From sequence record NC_023557.1: DNA of 64,000 bases. One strand, written 5' to 3'. Under the pieces are notes generated by a model. It ran no database searches, was not told where the DNA came from, and saw only the letters and a list, made by a program, of their open reading frames with translations. Of this stretch, positions 36,707 through 45,974 are shown in pieces; within the stretch, counting starts at the first letter, position 1; every line of letters begins with the position of its first letter. The translations under genes were made by a program, and so were the position numbers.

Positions 36707-36778
36707 ATGGATCGTTTAATCATTTTCACCGGGGTAATCGTTACATTCGTCATTAGCATTGCGATGACTGTGACGTAA
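36707..36778 (+). CDS. 23-aa hydrophobic peptide (not in ORF track)
   Basis: GGAGGT RBS; MDRLIIFTGVIVTFVISIAMTVT. Confidence 0.6.
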   Translation: MDRLIIFTGVIVTFVISIAMTVT

Positions 36779-36794
36779 CACAAAGGAGAGGGTT

Positions 36795-37208
36795 ATGAAT
36801 CGCCCTACATTGACCGTTCGCGGCATGATCGATGAGCTATTAGCCGCTGCAAAAGCGCAACACCCAGATATAACTCGACTGGCAATAAAGGTCGCATATA
36901 TTCAGAATGAAAAAATTAAGTACATTGTGAATATCACCACCGCTACAGGAGTGATACCATTCACGGATGAAAGTCAGATGGATGTTATGGGAGTTGTCGA
37001 GCATGAGGTGGCAAAGATCACCGAACGCGAACGCAATAGACCCAACGTAGGCGAATTAGACATAGCCAGTAACACCACAATAAACCTGTATACGAAGTTT
37101 AGGCGCATCTTTGGGCCTCGACCCATTATCACAGTGAAATTGGGTTATCTTGATCCCGTCACCCCTAACGTCAACAGGGTTACCGTGGAATTAGACTACA
37201 CTTACTAA
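36795..37208 (+). CDS. hypothetical protein
   Basis: AGGAG RBS. Confidence 0.7.
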   Translation: MNRPTLTVRGMIDELLAAAKAQHPDITRLAIKVAYIQNEKIKYIVNITTATGVIPFTDESQMDVMGVVEHEVAKITERERNRPNVGELDIASNTTINLYTKFRRIFGPRPIITVKLGYLDPVTPNVNRVTVELDYTY

Positions 37209-37213
37209 AGGGT

Positions 37214-37798
37214 TTGACAATAATGTTAAACAAAATCATTACTGAGAATGTTGGACGCATCTCACTGAAGGTCTGGGATAACTGCGAAGATTATTTGCTT
37301 CGCGTTACTCAGGGGATTAAACGTGACATCATGCGGGAAATCAAAACGCATGGTGGTCGCACGCAATTCCGCGTCACTGTCCGTAACTCTCTCGGCTATA
37401 ACAAGGCCGAGGGGATCTTTCACGATCTGCAAGTGGTAGTCACCTGTCTGGCCACTTCCAAAGAACTGAAAGAAACCGTGCGCCTGCCCGTCAGCAAAGA
37501 CAACCCCCTGGCCATTATCCAGGGTACGTTAATGCATGCGGCGATCAAAGCCAATGCAGTGCGCAGCTATACCTCGATGAACTCACGAGCTGATGAAGTC
37601 CGTAAGACACTGAAGGGCAACCTGGATGACATGCTGAAAACGCACTCCACGGTCATCTCAGTGCATCAACACAAATCTGGCCATCCTGAAATTGCTGCGG
37701 AATTCATTCAAACTGACGGTCCTTCCATGGCCGCCTTATTTGAGAAACTTGCGCAGCACTCCCCATTGGGTGGTCTCTCAACACAACCTTCCATGTAA
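37214..37798 (+). CDS. hypothetical protein (start 37214 or 37223)
   Basis: 194-aa ORF in operon. Confidence 0.7.
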   Translation: MTIMLNKIITENVGRISLKVWDNCEDYLLRVTQGIKRDIMREIKTHGGRTQFRVTVRNSLGYNKAEGIFHDLQVVVTCLATSKELKETVRLPVSKDNPLAIIQGTLMHAAIKANAVRSYTSMNSRADEVRKTLKGNLDDMLKTHSTVISVHQHKSGHPEIAAEFIQTDGPSMAALFEKLAQHSPLGGLSTQPSM

Positions 37799-37855
37799 GT
37801 TCTCGTAATCGGCTAGGCGGGTGAGTATCACCGCCTGGCTTTCCAGGAGTCTATT

Positions 37856-38356
37856 ATGAGCGCCTTGCTTACAGAACTCCTCTCTGGACCCGCAATTCCT
37901 TTCGGGTTGGTAATTGGTATACTCGTTTGGTTATTGCATGTGAAGCTGTCAAACAAATCACATCAGCATGTTTACGATGTGGTCGGTCATCAATTGGTTA
38001 ATGATATCGAACACCTGTGCCGGGAGCTAGCCAGCCCATCGGATCATCGGCGTTACATCAAAACCGATCTTCCACCACAAGGTGATCAGATTAACTACCT
38101 GCGTAAGCACATCGAATCGCACCTTAAAGCGCGTGTAACTAAATACATCGATGCTGCTTGTTATAACGACAGGGCAGCCCGTAGACCTCGGGCGAAGTTA
38201 CACGTCAAGGTGGTTAACCTGGCACATATGGGGCAAGGGCTTGAGATAAGTTTTAAACTAGGCCGAGGGATCTTCACCGATCACCGTACCTATTTTAAAC
38301 CATCCACCTATGCCCATGTCAGTCTCTTCTTTAAAGATGAAGTTCTTTCCAAATAA
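37856..38356 (+). CDS. N-terminally membrane-anchored protein (family A-like)
   Basis: AGGAG RBS; TM; KLHVKVVNL..GLEISFKLG. Confidence 0.7.
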   Translation: MSALLTELLSGPAIPFGLVIGILVWLLHVKLSNKSHQHVYDVVGHQLVNDIEHLCRELASPSDHRRYIKTDLPPQGDQINYLRKHIESHLKARVTKYIDAACYNDRAARRPRAKLHVKVVNLAHMGQGLEISFKLGRGIFTDHRTYFKPSTYAHVSLFFKDEVLSK

Positions 38357-38368
38357 AGGAATCAGTAG

Positions 38369-39685
38369 ATGTCAAGCAAAAAAGCAGCCAAAGTCAATCC
38401 AAAGAAACAACACAAACAAGCTGTTGCGCAGCAGACGCAGCAGGTTAACGGTGACCTGGAATGGGCCCGTGGTATCTTTAGCCATATCGACAGCTATTTT
38501 GTTCAGCAGGTGAACAACCTGGTGCACCGTCGTTATAAAGGCAGCGACAACTATCCGAAACATTTCGGTGCCCGTGTTGAGATCAATGAAAAGCACGGTC
38601 GCTACGATATCCTGAAATTCCTGAGCTGGGATGAAGCCGGTGTGCTCGATGACTTCGGTAACCAGACCGGTGAGTTCGAACTCGGCTATGTGCATTTCCA
38701 TCGCCTGAAAGAGATCTCGCAGGATGCACACAAAAACAACCGTCCGGTGGATATCGGCTGGGCCTATGTACCACACGTTGATTTCGAACACTCTGTTGAT
38801 GCAGCCATGAAAGCGGCAGCAAAACATGATCACTTCGAAGCGGCGGTGCGTACACATCTGCAAGGCGCACTGGATGTCTATGCGACACTGGTCGATGAAC
38901 TCAAAGCTGAATACCAGCCTGAGAACGCAGACGGCCAATACGTTGGCGTGTGTTTCTACTTCAACCCGGAAACCAACGTATTGGAATACGTGATGCAGAA
39001 ACACGGCGTAACCGATCTGATCGACGGTAAAGCCTCTGAGCGTGACTTCCGTGATCTGCCGGCTGGCGCAGAAGTTACTGGCCCAATCGTGGTGGATGGC
39101 GATACGGACTTCCGTAACTACAACTCCTGCATGTTGCGTCTGGTCAGTGAAGTGGCGCGTTGGGAGCGTATCAGTAAACCAAACAAAGAGTGCATGGAAA
39201 CCGCAGCAACGGATCTGGTGGGTCGCATGATCACCAATGCCGAAGCAGCGTTTGAGAAAGCCAAAGAGAAAGCCGCTGCTGAAGGTATCACAGCAGATCT
39301 CTCTCTGCGTTACAATGGTCTGCGTGGTCTGCTGGAAGTGGTCTACAAAGATGAGTTGGGTAATACCGCGCTGGTTGATATCGGTATGGACGCAGCCGCT
39401 GTGCTGTTGATCATGACCCGTATCGAACCGGATCTGCAGATGTACGTCACCCCACGTTTCAACAAAGCCTTTGTTGAGCGTTTCGGTGCAGGTGACCAGC
39501 ACGTCAAAAATGACAACGGTGATGTGATTGCTACCGAAGTCCCGGCGCGTGGCCTGACTGCTGACTTCCTCGCTTTTGATGAACTCGCTGTCACTGGTCA
39601 GGCGTCACCGGTACAGGAGCTGGATGATGCGTTTGATAAAGACGACGAACCGGCTGCTGATGAAAACTACGCCCTGAAGGCGTAA
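38369..39685 (+). CDS. hypothetical protein
   Basis: 438 aa, AAGGA RBS, phage-like codon bias. Confidence 0.8.
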   Translation: MSSKKAAKVNPKKQHKQAVAQQTQQVNGDLEWARGIFSHIDSYFVQQVNNLVHRRYKGSDNYPKHFGARVEINEKHGRYDILKFLSWDEAGVLDDFGNQTGEFELGYVHFHRLKEISQDAHKNNRPVDIGWAYVPHVDFEHSVDAAMKAAAKHDHFEAAVRTHLQGALDVYATLVDELKAEYQPENADGQYVGVCFYFNPETNVLEYVMQKHGVTDLIDGKASERDFRDLPAGAEVTGPIVVDGDTDFRNYNSCMLRLVSEVARWERISKPNKECMETAATDLVGRMITNAEAAFEKAKEKAAAEGITADLSLRYNGLRGLLEVVYKDELGNTALVDIGMDAAAVLLIMTRIEPDLQMYVTPRFNKAFVERFGAGDQHVKNDNGDVIATEVPARGLTADFLAFDELAVTGQASPVQELDDAFDKDDEPAADENYALKA

Positions 39686-39695
39686 GTTCGGTTAT

Positions 39696-39740
39696 GGGGG
39701 AGGGCTTAGGCTCTCCCTTTTAACAGTTATCTTTCTTTTT
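39696..39740 (+). terminator. intrinsic terminator
   Basis: GGGAGGGC-ttag-GCTCTCCC then T-rich tract. Confidence 0.65.
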
Positions 39741-39772
39741 TATTTGATTTTTTACAATGCAGATTTTTTCAG

Positions 39773-39791
39773 ACCTATATGACGGAAGTGA
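39773..39791 (+). promoter_or_regulatory. putative phage early promoter
   Basis: ACCTATATGAC-ggaa-GTGA. Confidence 0.55.
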
Positions 39792-39846
39792 ATAGAGCCA
39801 GTAGTCACTGACTCGACAATCTTAATTCACTTACGAGGTATAGATT

Positions 39847-40284
39847 ATGAAACTGAATAAACTGCGTTATGTTCTTTCTAAGGGATTCATTTCTCTTTGT
39901 GCCGACAACATCGAAGCCATGGGCATGGAAAAAGTTATCCGTATGGCCGAACGTCGTTACATGTTCGCTAACCCAAAAGCTGACGAAGTCGAAATCGACG
40001 AGTCTGATGTTAACCGTGCTCTTAGCATCGCTAAGAACAAAGATGCACGCTATGACCGTATTGCTAACCTGTACTCTTGGTTGGCACGTAACATCTCTGG
40101 TGTTCGTAACACTGCGGCGTTAAACCGTGATGTAATGAAAAGCCTGTGGATGAGCTACCGCGGTTATATCACTGCAAACGCTCTGGAAGAACTGTGGGTG
40201 GTTACTAAGGTGTATGACAATGGTACTGACCTCGAAGTTGAGTTCAGTGAAGTTTGTGCCCTGATTGCCAACAGCGAAGTATAA
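39847..40284 (+). CDS. hypothetical protein, probably highly expressed
   Basis: GAGGT RBS; T-ending codon bias. Confidence 0.8.
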   Translation: MKLNKLRYVLSKGFISLCADNIEAMGMEKVIRMAERRYMFANPKADEVEIDESDVNRALSIAKNKDARYDRIANLYSWLARNISGVRNTAALNRDVMKSLWMSYRGYITANALEELWVVTKVYDNGTDLEVEFSEVCALIANSEV

Positions 40285-40294
40285 GGAGCACATT

Positions 40295-40780
40295 ATGTCA
40301 AACGGGGTAATGTGGATGATGCTAGCGGCCTGTATCGCTATCGGCTTCAAGATTATCGGTACGGCCTTATCTTCCCCGGCCTCGACCGTTGCAGATCTAA
40401 AACGCTGGGCTTCTATTAAGACACCAGATTTCATTGATGCGGCTTTCACCGGGGAAACGATGTATTGCATTACTGAGCGTACTGCGAAACGCCATTTGGA
40501 ACTTTATGGTCCAGACGGTATCGTAGGCATGTACAGTGATGTGTTTGATGAACTTAGACAATGTACCACTATGGATGGGTGGTTAATCGACGGTAGGATT
40601 GTCGACAATAAAAACGGAGCAGTACAGATCGCCTTGACCATGACCCGCAACGAAGTGGTTCTCAATAAAGCATACGTTGTCCCATACTTGCAAATCCTGC
40701 GAGTCACCGACACGTTCTCTCCTGAGATTCTCCGTCGTTCTGTTCGTGATGTTCAGGTTATTAATGCAAATGTTGTTTGA
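40295..40780 (+). CDS. membrane-anchored hypothetical protein
   Basis: AAGGAG RBS, N-terminal TM. Confidence 0.75.
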   Translation: MSNGVMWMMLAACIAIGFKIIGTALSSPASTVADLKRWASIKTPDFIDAAFTGETMYCITERTAKRHLELYGPDGIVGMYSDVFDELRQCTTMDGWLIDGRIVDNKNGAVQIALTMTRNEVVLNKAYVVPYLQILRVTDTFSPEILRRSVRDVQVINANVV

Positions 40781-40794
40781 TCCCTCCGAATTTT

Positions 40795-40822
40795 AGGCCA
40801 GGTGCAAACCTGGCCTTTATGC
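40795..40822 (+). terminator. hairpin + TTTATGCC tail
   Basis: AGGCCAGGT-gcaa-ACCTGGCCT then TTATGCC. Confidence 0.75.
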
Positions 40823-40995
40823 CGGCCTGGGAATGGTACCCGTTATGCCACTATCAATTAACCAAAATGTAGAAATGGTAGATTGGCCTAACCAAGGGCC
40901 AACTACCTAGCCGTCATACTGCGCTGGGGGTTCGATGTAACCCCCAGGCAACCCTTATCTATTTAACCTAATTTAACACCAGGGAATTTACTAAA

Positions 40996-41160
40996 ATGGC
41001 TTTTATCAAATCACTGTTCCACAAAGCGTCTTCTACTACTCCTGTTAACATCAGTGTAATCGAAGCCCAGCTGGAAGAGACCCAGCGTATCCTGAACCGT
41101 TTAAACAAACATCAGACATCAACCGTCCGTGGTGAACGTACTCGCCACAATCACCACTGA
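40996..41160 (+). CDS. 54-aa hypothetical protein (not in ORF track)
   Basis: MAFIKSLFHKASSTTPVNISVIEAQLEETQRILNRLNKHQTSTVRGERTRHNHH; AGGGA upstream. Confidence 0.55.
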   Translation: MAFIKSLFHKASSTTPVNISVIEAQLEETQRILNRLNKHQTSTVRGERTRHNHH

Positions 41161-41205
41161 GTGGTGTGCACGAAAGCAAGAAAAGTGTAGTGCAGAAAAT
41201 CTCAC

Positions 41206-41224
41206 ACCTATATAACCTGGGTGA
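41206..41224 (+). promoter_or_regulatory. putative phage early promoter
   Basis: ACCTATATAAC-ctgg-GTGA. Confidence 0.55.
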
Positions 41225-41285
41225 TATACAGTAGTAAATCAATTGCAGTAACCAACTTAACCTAATTGTCTTGTGAGGTATTATC

Positions 41286-41915
41286 ATGTCAAACGTACTC
41301 GAACTGAACACAACTCCTTCTAACCCGGCAATGGCTGAAGCTTTCCGTAAAGCAGCAACCAAGGATCTCTCGCCGGAACTGGGCGGTGATACCTTACAAG
41401 CCGAATTAGCAAACATGGAACGTGCAAAAACTGAACCTGAATCAAACACTGCACGTCTGGCCAAAACCTTAGCGGGCATGACTTCTTCTGTGAAGGACAT
41501 GAACGAGACGCTGCACGAAGCAGCAGGAGAGAACACCATGCATCACACCGATGGCGCTGATAACATGTTCAGCGAAGTAGAAGAAATGATCGAGCCTGAA
41601 TTCACTGGCAGTCATGGTCGTGTCAAAGCCATGGCGCTGCTGTCAGCGGGTTCATTGATTGCGACTACTGCTACTGCTGCGTTATTCACACGTAACAGCA
41701 AGACTGTCAAGTCAGTCGCAGTAACGGGTCTGTTAACCAGCAGCATGCTGATCGGCATGGAAGCGATTCAGGCTAAACGTAATCCGTCTGTGGCGGATCG
41801 TCTGGTTATGGGCAAGAAACGTGCGGCCAAGTTACTTGGCGGTGGTCTGGCAATCGGTGCGGCAACCATGTCAATCGGTTTAACTGTAGGTCGTATCTTT
41901 AACTCCGGAGAGTAA
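41286..41915 (+). CDS. membrane protein, F-x7-EP family
   Basis: GAGGT RBS; three Gly/Ala-rich hydrophobic helices. Confidence 0.8.
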   Translation: MSNVLELNTTPSNPAMAEAFRKAATKDLSPELGGDTLQAELANMERAKTEPESNTARLAKTLAGMTSSVKDMNETLHEAAGENTMHHTDGADNMFSEVEEMIEPEFTGSHGRVKAMALLSAGSLIATTATAALFTRNSKTVKSVAVTGLLTSSMLIGMEAIQAKRNPSVADRLVMGKKRAAKLLGGGLAIGAATMSIGLTVGRIFNSGE

Positions 41916-41916
41916 C

Positions 41917-42297
41917 ATGAGCCAGTTATTCGAGAACATCGATGACGTCATCGAACCAGTAGTCGATCTGAATGTGGCGAAACGTACCCTGATGTTAGCA
42001 TCCGGGGTGCGAGCTGTAGCACTGGCAGTGGGTGTCGGTGTCGGCGCAGCTGCCATGAAGATCAAACCTTCAACTGCGGTGAAAGCCGCAGTGATCCCAG
42101 CGGTGATCGAACTAGGTGCAACTTACCTCGGGGTGAGTCGTGCCAGCGAAGTCGAGATCCTGGATAAAGAAGCAACTGTCAGCAACAAATCACACCTCAA
42201 CGATGCAGCCGTCAATTTCATTGCCGGTGCCGTTGCCATTGTAGGCGGTGCAGTGATTGCCCGTGTACTCAAAGGGCCGGAAACACCGGCTGAATAA
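41917..42297 (+). CDS. membrane protein, F-x7-EP family
   Basis: GGAG RBS; LFENIDDVIEP..AKRTLM. Confidence 0.8.
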   Translation: MSQLFENIDDVIEPVVDLNVAKRTLMLASGVRAVALAVGVGVGAAAMKIKPSTAVKAAVIPAVIELGATYLGVSRASEVEILDKEATVSNKSHLNDAAVNFIAGAVAIVGGAVIARVLKGPETPAE

Positions 42298-42312
42298 TCC
42301 CAGTAAAGGAAC

Positions 42313-42507
42313 ATGACCATGTTTAACAAAACCTGCGAACAGAAAGAGCCAGCTTGTGAAGTCACCATCAATCTTAACGTACAGATCGTAGGCATGGCCG
42401 TGGGTTGTGTTCTTGCGCAGAGTGAGAACACCATGGTCAAAGCCGGTGGCGTGGGCTTGGTAGCCGCGTCCTTCCTGGGCATGATTAAGAAACTGTCTAA
42501 ACTGTAA
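42313..42507 (+). CDS. small membrane protein, F-x7-EP family
   Basis: AAGGA RBS; MFNKTCEQKEP. Confidence 0.7.
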   Translation: MTMFNKTCEQKEPACEVTINLNVQIVGMAVGCVLAQSENTMVKAGGVGLVAASFLGMIKKLSKL

Positions 42508-42573
42508 TTCCTTGTAGTAACCAAACCCAATCAAACTCACTGTAATTAACCTAACTGTAAAAGAGAGAATATC

Positions 42574-42873
42574 ATGGAAAACATCAACGCATCTGCAATC
42601 AACGAAACTGCTAAAACTGCTGGCGCTACTGTTGAAGGTATCGTAAAAGAAACCATGTTCGCGAAAGTGGCAGAAGCTGTCGAACCAACTGTTGCGAAGA
42701 AGATCGCCAAACGCACCCTGATGGCAGGCGGCGTGTTAGCGCTCTGTGGTCTGGGTTACTTCGGCTACCGTGCGCTGAAGAAAACCAAAGCAGTCGTAAT
42801 CATCACCGAAGGCGATGCAGCTAACGAAACCACCACTGACACCACCGTGGTAGCAGACGACACTGCTGCGTAA
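42574..42873 (+). CDS. membrane protein, F-x7-EP family
   Basis: MFAKVAEAVEP..AKRTLM then TM. Confidence 0.8.
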   Translation: MENINASAINETAKTAGATVEGIVKETMFAKVAEAVEPTVAKKIAKRTLMAGGVLALCGLGYFGYRALKKTKAVVIITEGDAANETTTDTTVVADDTAA

Positions 42874-42944
42874 TTTTGTGAGGGCTAGGATATCCTAGCC
42901 CTTTCCTTTCTCACTCTTTTTTTTTTGTTAAAGTAGGGACGCCC

Positions 42945-43415
42945 ATGCATGCAATCACAACCGGTACCGTCGCTATTCTGATCTTCATCACCTTCTTGTT
43001 TATTTCAGAATGGCGATTAAAGGTAAGTAAGAACCTTATCTTCAAAGAAGTCACCCGAATCGCGTACTCGATTATTCGCTACACTGACGTCAAGCAGATC
43101 ACCCCGGAGATCTACCTTATTGCAGCGGAGTTACAAAACCGCATGGTAAAAGTGGGGAACTTCAGTGTGACCGAGAAGGACCGGGAAGTCGCCATGACGA
43201 TTGCCAAGTACATTTCAATCTTTGGCAACCAACGGGTACGTGATCCGGTTATCCTGTTGCACGTGATCGCCAGACGGCTAAATGAGTTCGATGGGATATC
43301 GGCTAAATCGCTGGTCTCCACCAATGGCCGCCTGGAGCTCGTTATAGGGCGTGATGACGCCACAGACTATGATCGGGTCATCTATCGCTTCAACTCCCCG
43401 CAGACGCTCTTCTAG
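42945..43415 (+). CDS. N-terminally membrane-anchored protein
   Basis: AGGGA RBS, TM. Confidence 0.7.
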   Translation: MHAITTGTVAILIFITFLFISEWRLKVSKNLIFKEVTRIAYSIIRYTDVKQITPEIYLIAAELQNRMVKVGNFSVTEKDREVAMTIAKYISIFGNQRVRDPVILLHVIARRLNEFDGISAKSLVSTNGRLELVIGRDDATDYDRVIYRFNSPQTLF

Positions 43416-43418
43416 GCC

Positions 43419-43446
43419 GGCATAAGGGGCAGGGTTTCCCCCGCCC
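43419..43446 (-). terminator. hairpin + TTATGCC tail (minus strand)
   Basis: GGCATAA on + strand followed by a GC stem; ends the minus-strand operon. Confidence 0.6.
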
Positions 43447-43451
43447 ACTTA

Positions 43452-44090
43452 TTAACTGGTTAACCGTGCTTCGTAATCCGCAATGATCGCGCGTAACTGG
43501 GCAATGGTGTTGTTGGCTTCCAGCAATTGTGCGTGTTCCGTTGTCCGGCGTTTAATGGCGTTCAAACGGTTCTGTTCGGCCAGCCGATATTGCTCAGCCG
43601 TCACGGCATTAGTAGAAGGAGCCACCGCAATCGCAATGGTAGGTTCTATCCCGATCAAATCACTGATCGCTGCTTTAATCACATCTTGTGTTTGTTGCAA
43701 TTGATCAATGATCGCCGACGGCACTGCACCCAGCGACATCGACATGACAATGTACTGATATTGAATTGCCGAGTCATCAGGGAACTGGGTGATGTAGGTA
43801 CTGGGGATGTAGATCGGGGTACGACCTACCGCGCTTAAGGTGATGATGTTTGCCGCCACCAATACATCCGCATCCATGTCCGCTTGCTTTAACCCCACCG
43901 GGGTATAGACACGCGCCAGAATGTCCACGCCTAAAGCCTGGAGCTCCTGGAAGGTACGAATGGCTTGCACGGTATAGATCACACCTGGATCAACCCGAGC
44001 AAAATCCGTGACGTTGGCCGCACCCATATACGGGGTGGCGACTTTGAACAACCCCTTCGTTAGAATGGGTGGGGTTAATGACGTTGCCAT
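43452..44090 (-). CDS. phiKZ-like virion structural protein
   Basis: AAGGAG RBS; core-block position; C-terminal coiled coil. Confidence 0.6.
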   Translation of the reverse strand: MATSLTPPILTKGLFKVATPYMGAANVTDFARVDPGVIYTVQAIRTFQELQALGVDILARVYTPVGLKQADMDADVLVAANIITLSAVGRTPIYIPSTYITQFPDDSAIQYQYIVMSMSLGAVPSAIIDQLQQTQDVIKAAISDLIGIEPTIAIAVAPSTNAVTAEQYRLAEQNRLNAIKRRTTEHAQLLEANNTIAQLRAIIADYEARLTS

Positions 44091-44100
44091 GGACTACTCC

Positions 44101-45414
44101 TTATGTATACAGTGACTCAACATAAGGTTTCGCCACGACTAAAAACTTAATGCCATTAACAGACTTCGCTGCACAGATCACACCGTCACGCACCACGCGG
44201 GAGATCTCTGATGGCAACTCACTGAACTCTGACATGGTTTCAGCGGCAATCAGCATCTGTTGCATGGCAAAGATAAACGCCTGGGTCTCTGGTGAGATCC
44301 GGTCAAACTCCACATTGTCAGACGGCAGCAGGGCGTAATCCGGGTAGAGCTCTTTCAGCTTGATCTGGCCACCGCGGTTAGTCGGTTTCGCCACACTGTA
44401 GAGTGCCAGGGATTTATGCAACGCCGGGAAGACCTGCAGTGACGCTTTGATGTGATCGGCTGGATACCACTTCATTACCTTGGTCGGCATCTCCAGCATT
44501 GTTTCATAATCCACAACCGGCGAGTTGGTACCCTTTTCGGTGGTTTTGTTAGGAATGCTATAGGAGCGCCAGTCAGGTGCAATGACATACTCGATCGGGT
44601 TAAAAAGATCAGGGATGACCAACGCCCACTCATCTTCACCGAACTTTGAGTTTGCCAGGATATCGGCTTTCAGCAACTCATAGATCGCATCATCGTTGTT
44701 ACCGTTCTTACCGTAACCGACGATGGTGAAATATCCCGTCTGCCATTTACTGGTATTCTCTTTGTCGTAGATCTTGAATTCAATATCACGGACAAAGGTC
44801 GGCGGATTAATGCCCATGATGGCATTAATGTTCTTGGCGATATCGCCTTTCGTTACCGAATCGATTGCAGTTTTTGCTGTTGCGTAATCTTCGTGCAACA
44901 CATCAATTTGGCTCAATGGGACAGGATAGTCAGCAAAGAGTTCATAGCGCGGGTAGCTCAGCTCGAACGACTCATCAGATAACCAAATCTTGATGGTGTT
45001 GTCATCGCTGCCACTCAGTTTACCTGAGACCCATTCAGGCGCCCAGTACTTACCGTCAGTGATCATGTCACCGATTGCTAAGTTTTCCCATGACGTATCG
45101 AAGTCTGCTTTGATCTGCTGCAGCGCAATCGTCTTGTCATTGGTGAAACGACCATCAGCAATACGCACGAGCATCCACGCCTGCAAACTAAGGATTGCCA
45201 GACTGTAAGTATTTGCTAATTGGAACGCTACGTTATTCTCATCAACTGCTGTGAAAACAAGTAGAGCAGTACCTGGTTTATCCGTGTTAGTGTACGTCCC
45301 AATATCCCGTGAAAAAGACATTGAGAGTTGCGATATTTCGCCAATGGGGTTAGTAACACCTTTCTGGTTGTTATTCAGTGACGGATACACCGAAAACCCT
45401 AAGATCGTTTTCAT
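44101..45414 (-). CDS. phiKZ-like virion structural protein
   Basis: Start MKTILGF at 45414; core-block position next to RNase H. Confidence 0.6.
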   Translation of the reverse strand: MKTILGFSVYPSLNNNQKGVTNPIGEISQLSMSFSRDIGTYTNTDKPGTALLVFTAVDENNVAFQLANTYSLAILSLQAWMLVRIADGRFTNDKTIALQQIKADFDTSWENLAIGDMITDGKYWAPEWVSGKLSGSDDNTIKIWLSDESFELSYPRYELFADYPVPLSQIDVLHEDYATAKTAIDSVTKGDIAKNINAIMGINPPTFVRDIEFKIYDKENTSKWQTGYFTIVGYGKNGNNDDAIYELLKADILANSKFGEDEWALVIPDLFNPIEYVIAPDWRSYSIPNKTTEKGTNSPVVDYETMLEMPTKVMKWYPADHIKASLQVFPALHKSLALYSVAKPTNRGGQIKLKELYPDYALLPSDNVEFDRISPETQAFIFAMQQMLIAAETMSEFSELPSEISRVVRDGVICAAKSVNGIKFLVVAKPYVESLYT

Positions 45415-45492
45415 AGCTCGCCCTTTACATGGGATGGGATTAAGATACATAACATTTAACACAGTGTACGAGGGCCTGTAGGGAGACGAGAC

Positions 45493-45900
45493 GTGTTGTG
45501 GTTAAAGCTATTCTTTTGGAGTCTTCCTTTCATAAAAAAGCGGTCAAAGACTTTCATGGCCGATGGAGCGACTCGTTATAATGCATCGAAAAAAGCACGG
45601 GGTTGGTTCTACGCTATTTCGATGTCATTCTTTCTATTCCTTGGCATCCTTACCTGGGGCTACCGCCAGTATGACTACCTGTCCAAACAGAACCGTCATA
45701 TGACTGAAGAGATCTCCCAGCTTAAAGGTCGCATCAACATCTACCCTACTCTTTCTGATACAATTGAACAGAACCGTTTGTTATTGACACAAAACCATGA
45801 TCTTGCAGAGGAACTCATTAAAACTCGTCAAAACAATAACGAGTTATATAAAGAGAACCAAAAACTGCAAAGTCAGCTTGAAAAAGCATTAGGTAAATGA
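45493..45900 (+). CDS. membrane-anchored coiled-coil protein
   Basis: GGGAG RBS, GTG start, TM then heptad repeats. Confidence 0.65.
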   Translation: MLWLKLFFWSLPFIKKRSKTFMADGATRYNASKKARGWFYAISMSFFLFLGILTWGYRQYDYLSKQNRHMTEEISQLKGRINIYPTLSDTIEQNRLLLTQNHDLAEELIKTRQNNNELYKENQKLQSQLEKALGK

Positions 45901-45974
45901 TGAACACCCGTTTTGGTAATTTATTACGTAGTTGATCAATTATAAGAGAGATATTGTTTATTCGAGGGTGTTTC

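Noticed and set aside
38372-39502. 376-aa minus-strand ORF
   Set aside because: Exact antisense shadow of the well-supported 438-aa + gene; no RBS or motif; explained by codon bias.
40921-40955. tRNA suggested by GGTTCGAT
   Set aside because: The stem is 9 bp with no D or anticodon arms, acceptor stem or CCA; kept only as a generic structured element.
45493-45900. i-spanin call
   Set aside because: TM plus coiled coil fits, but I found no nested or adjacent lipoprotein o-spanin and no endolysin or holin nearby.
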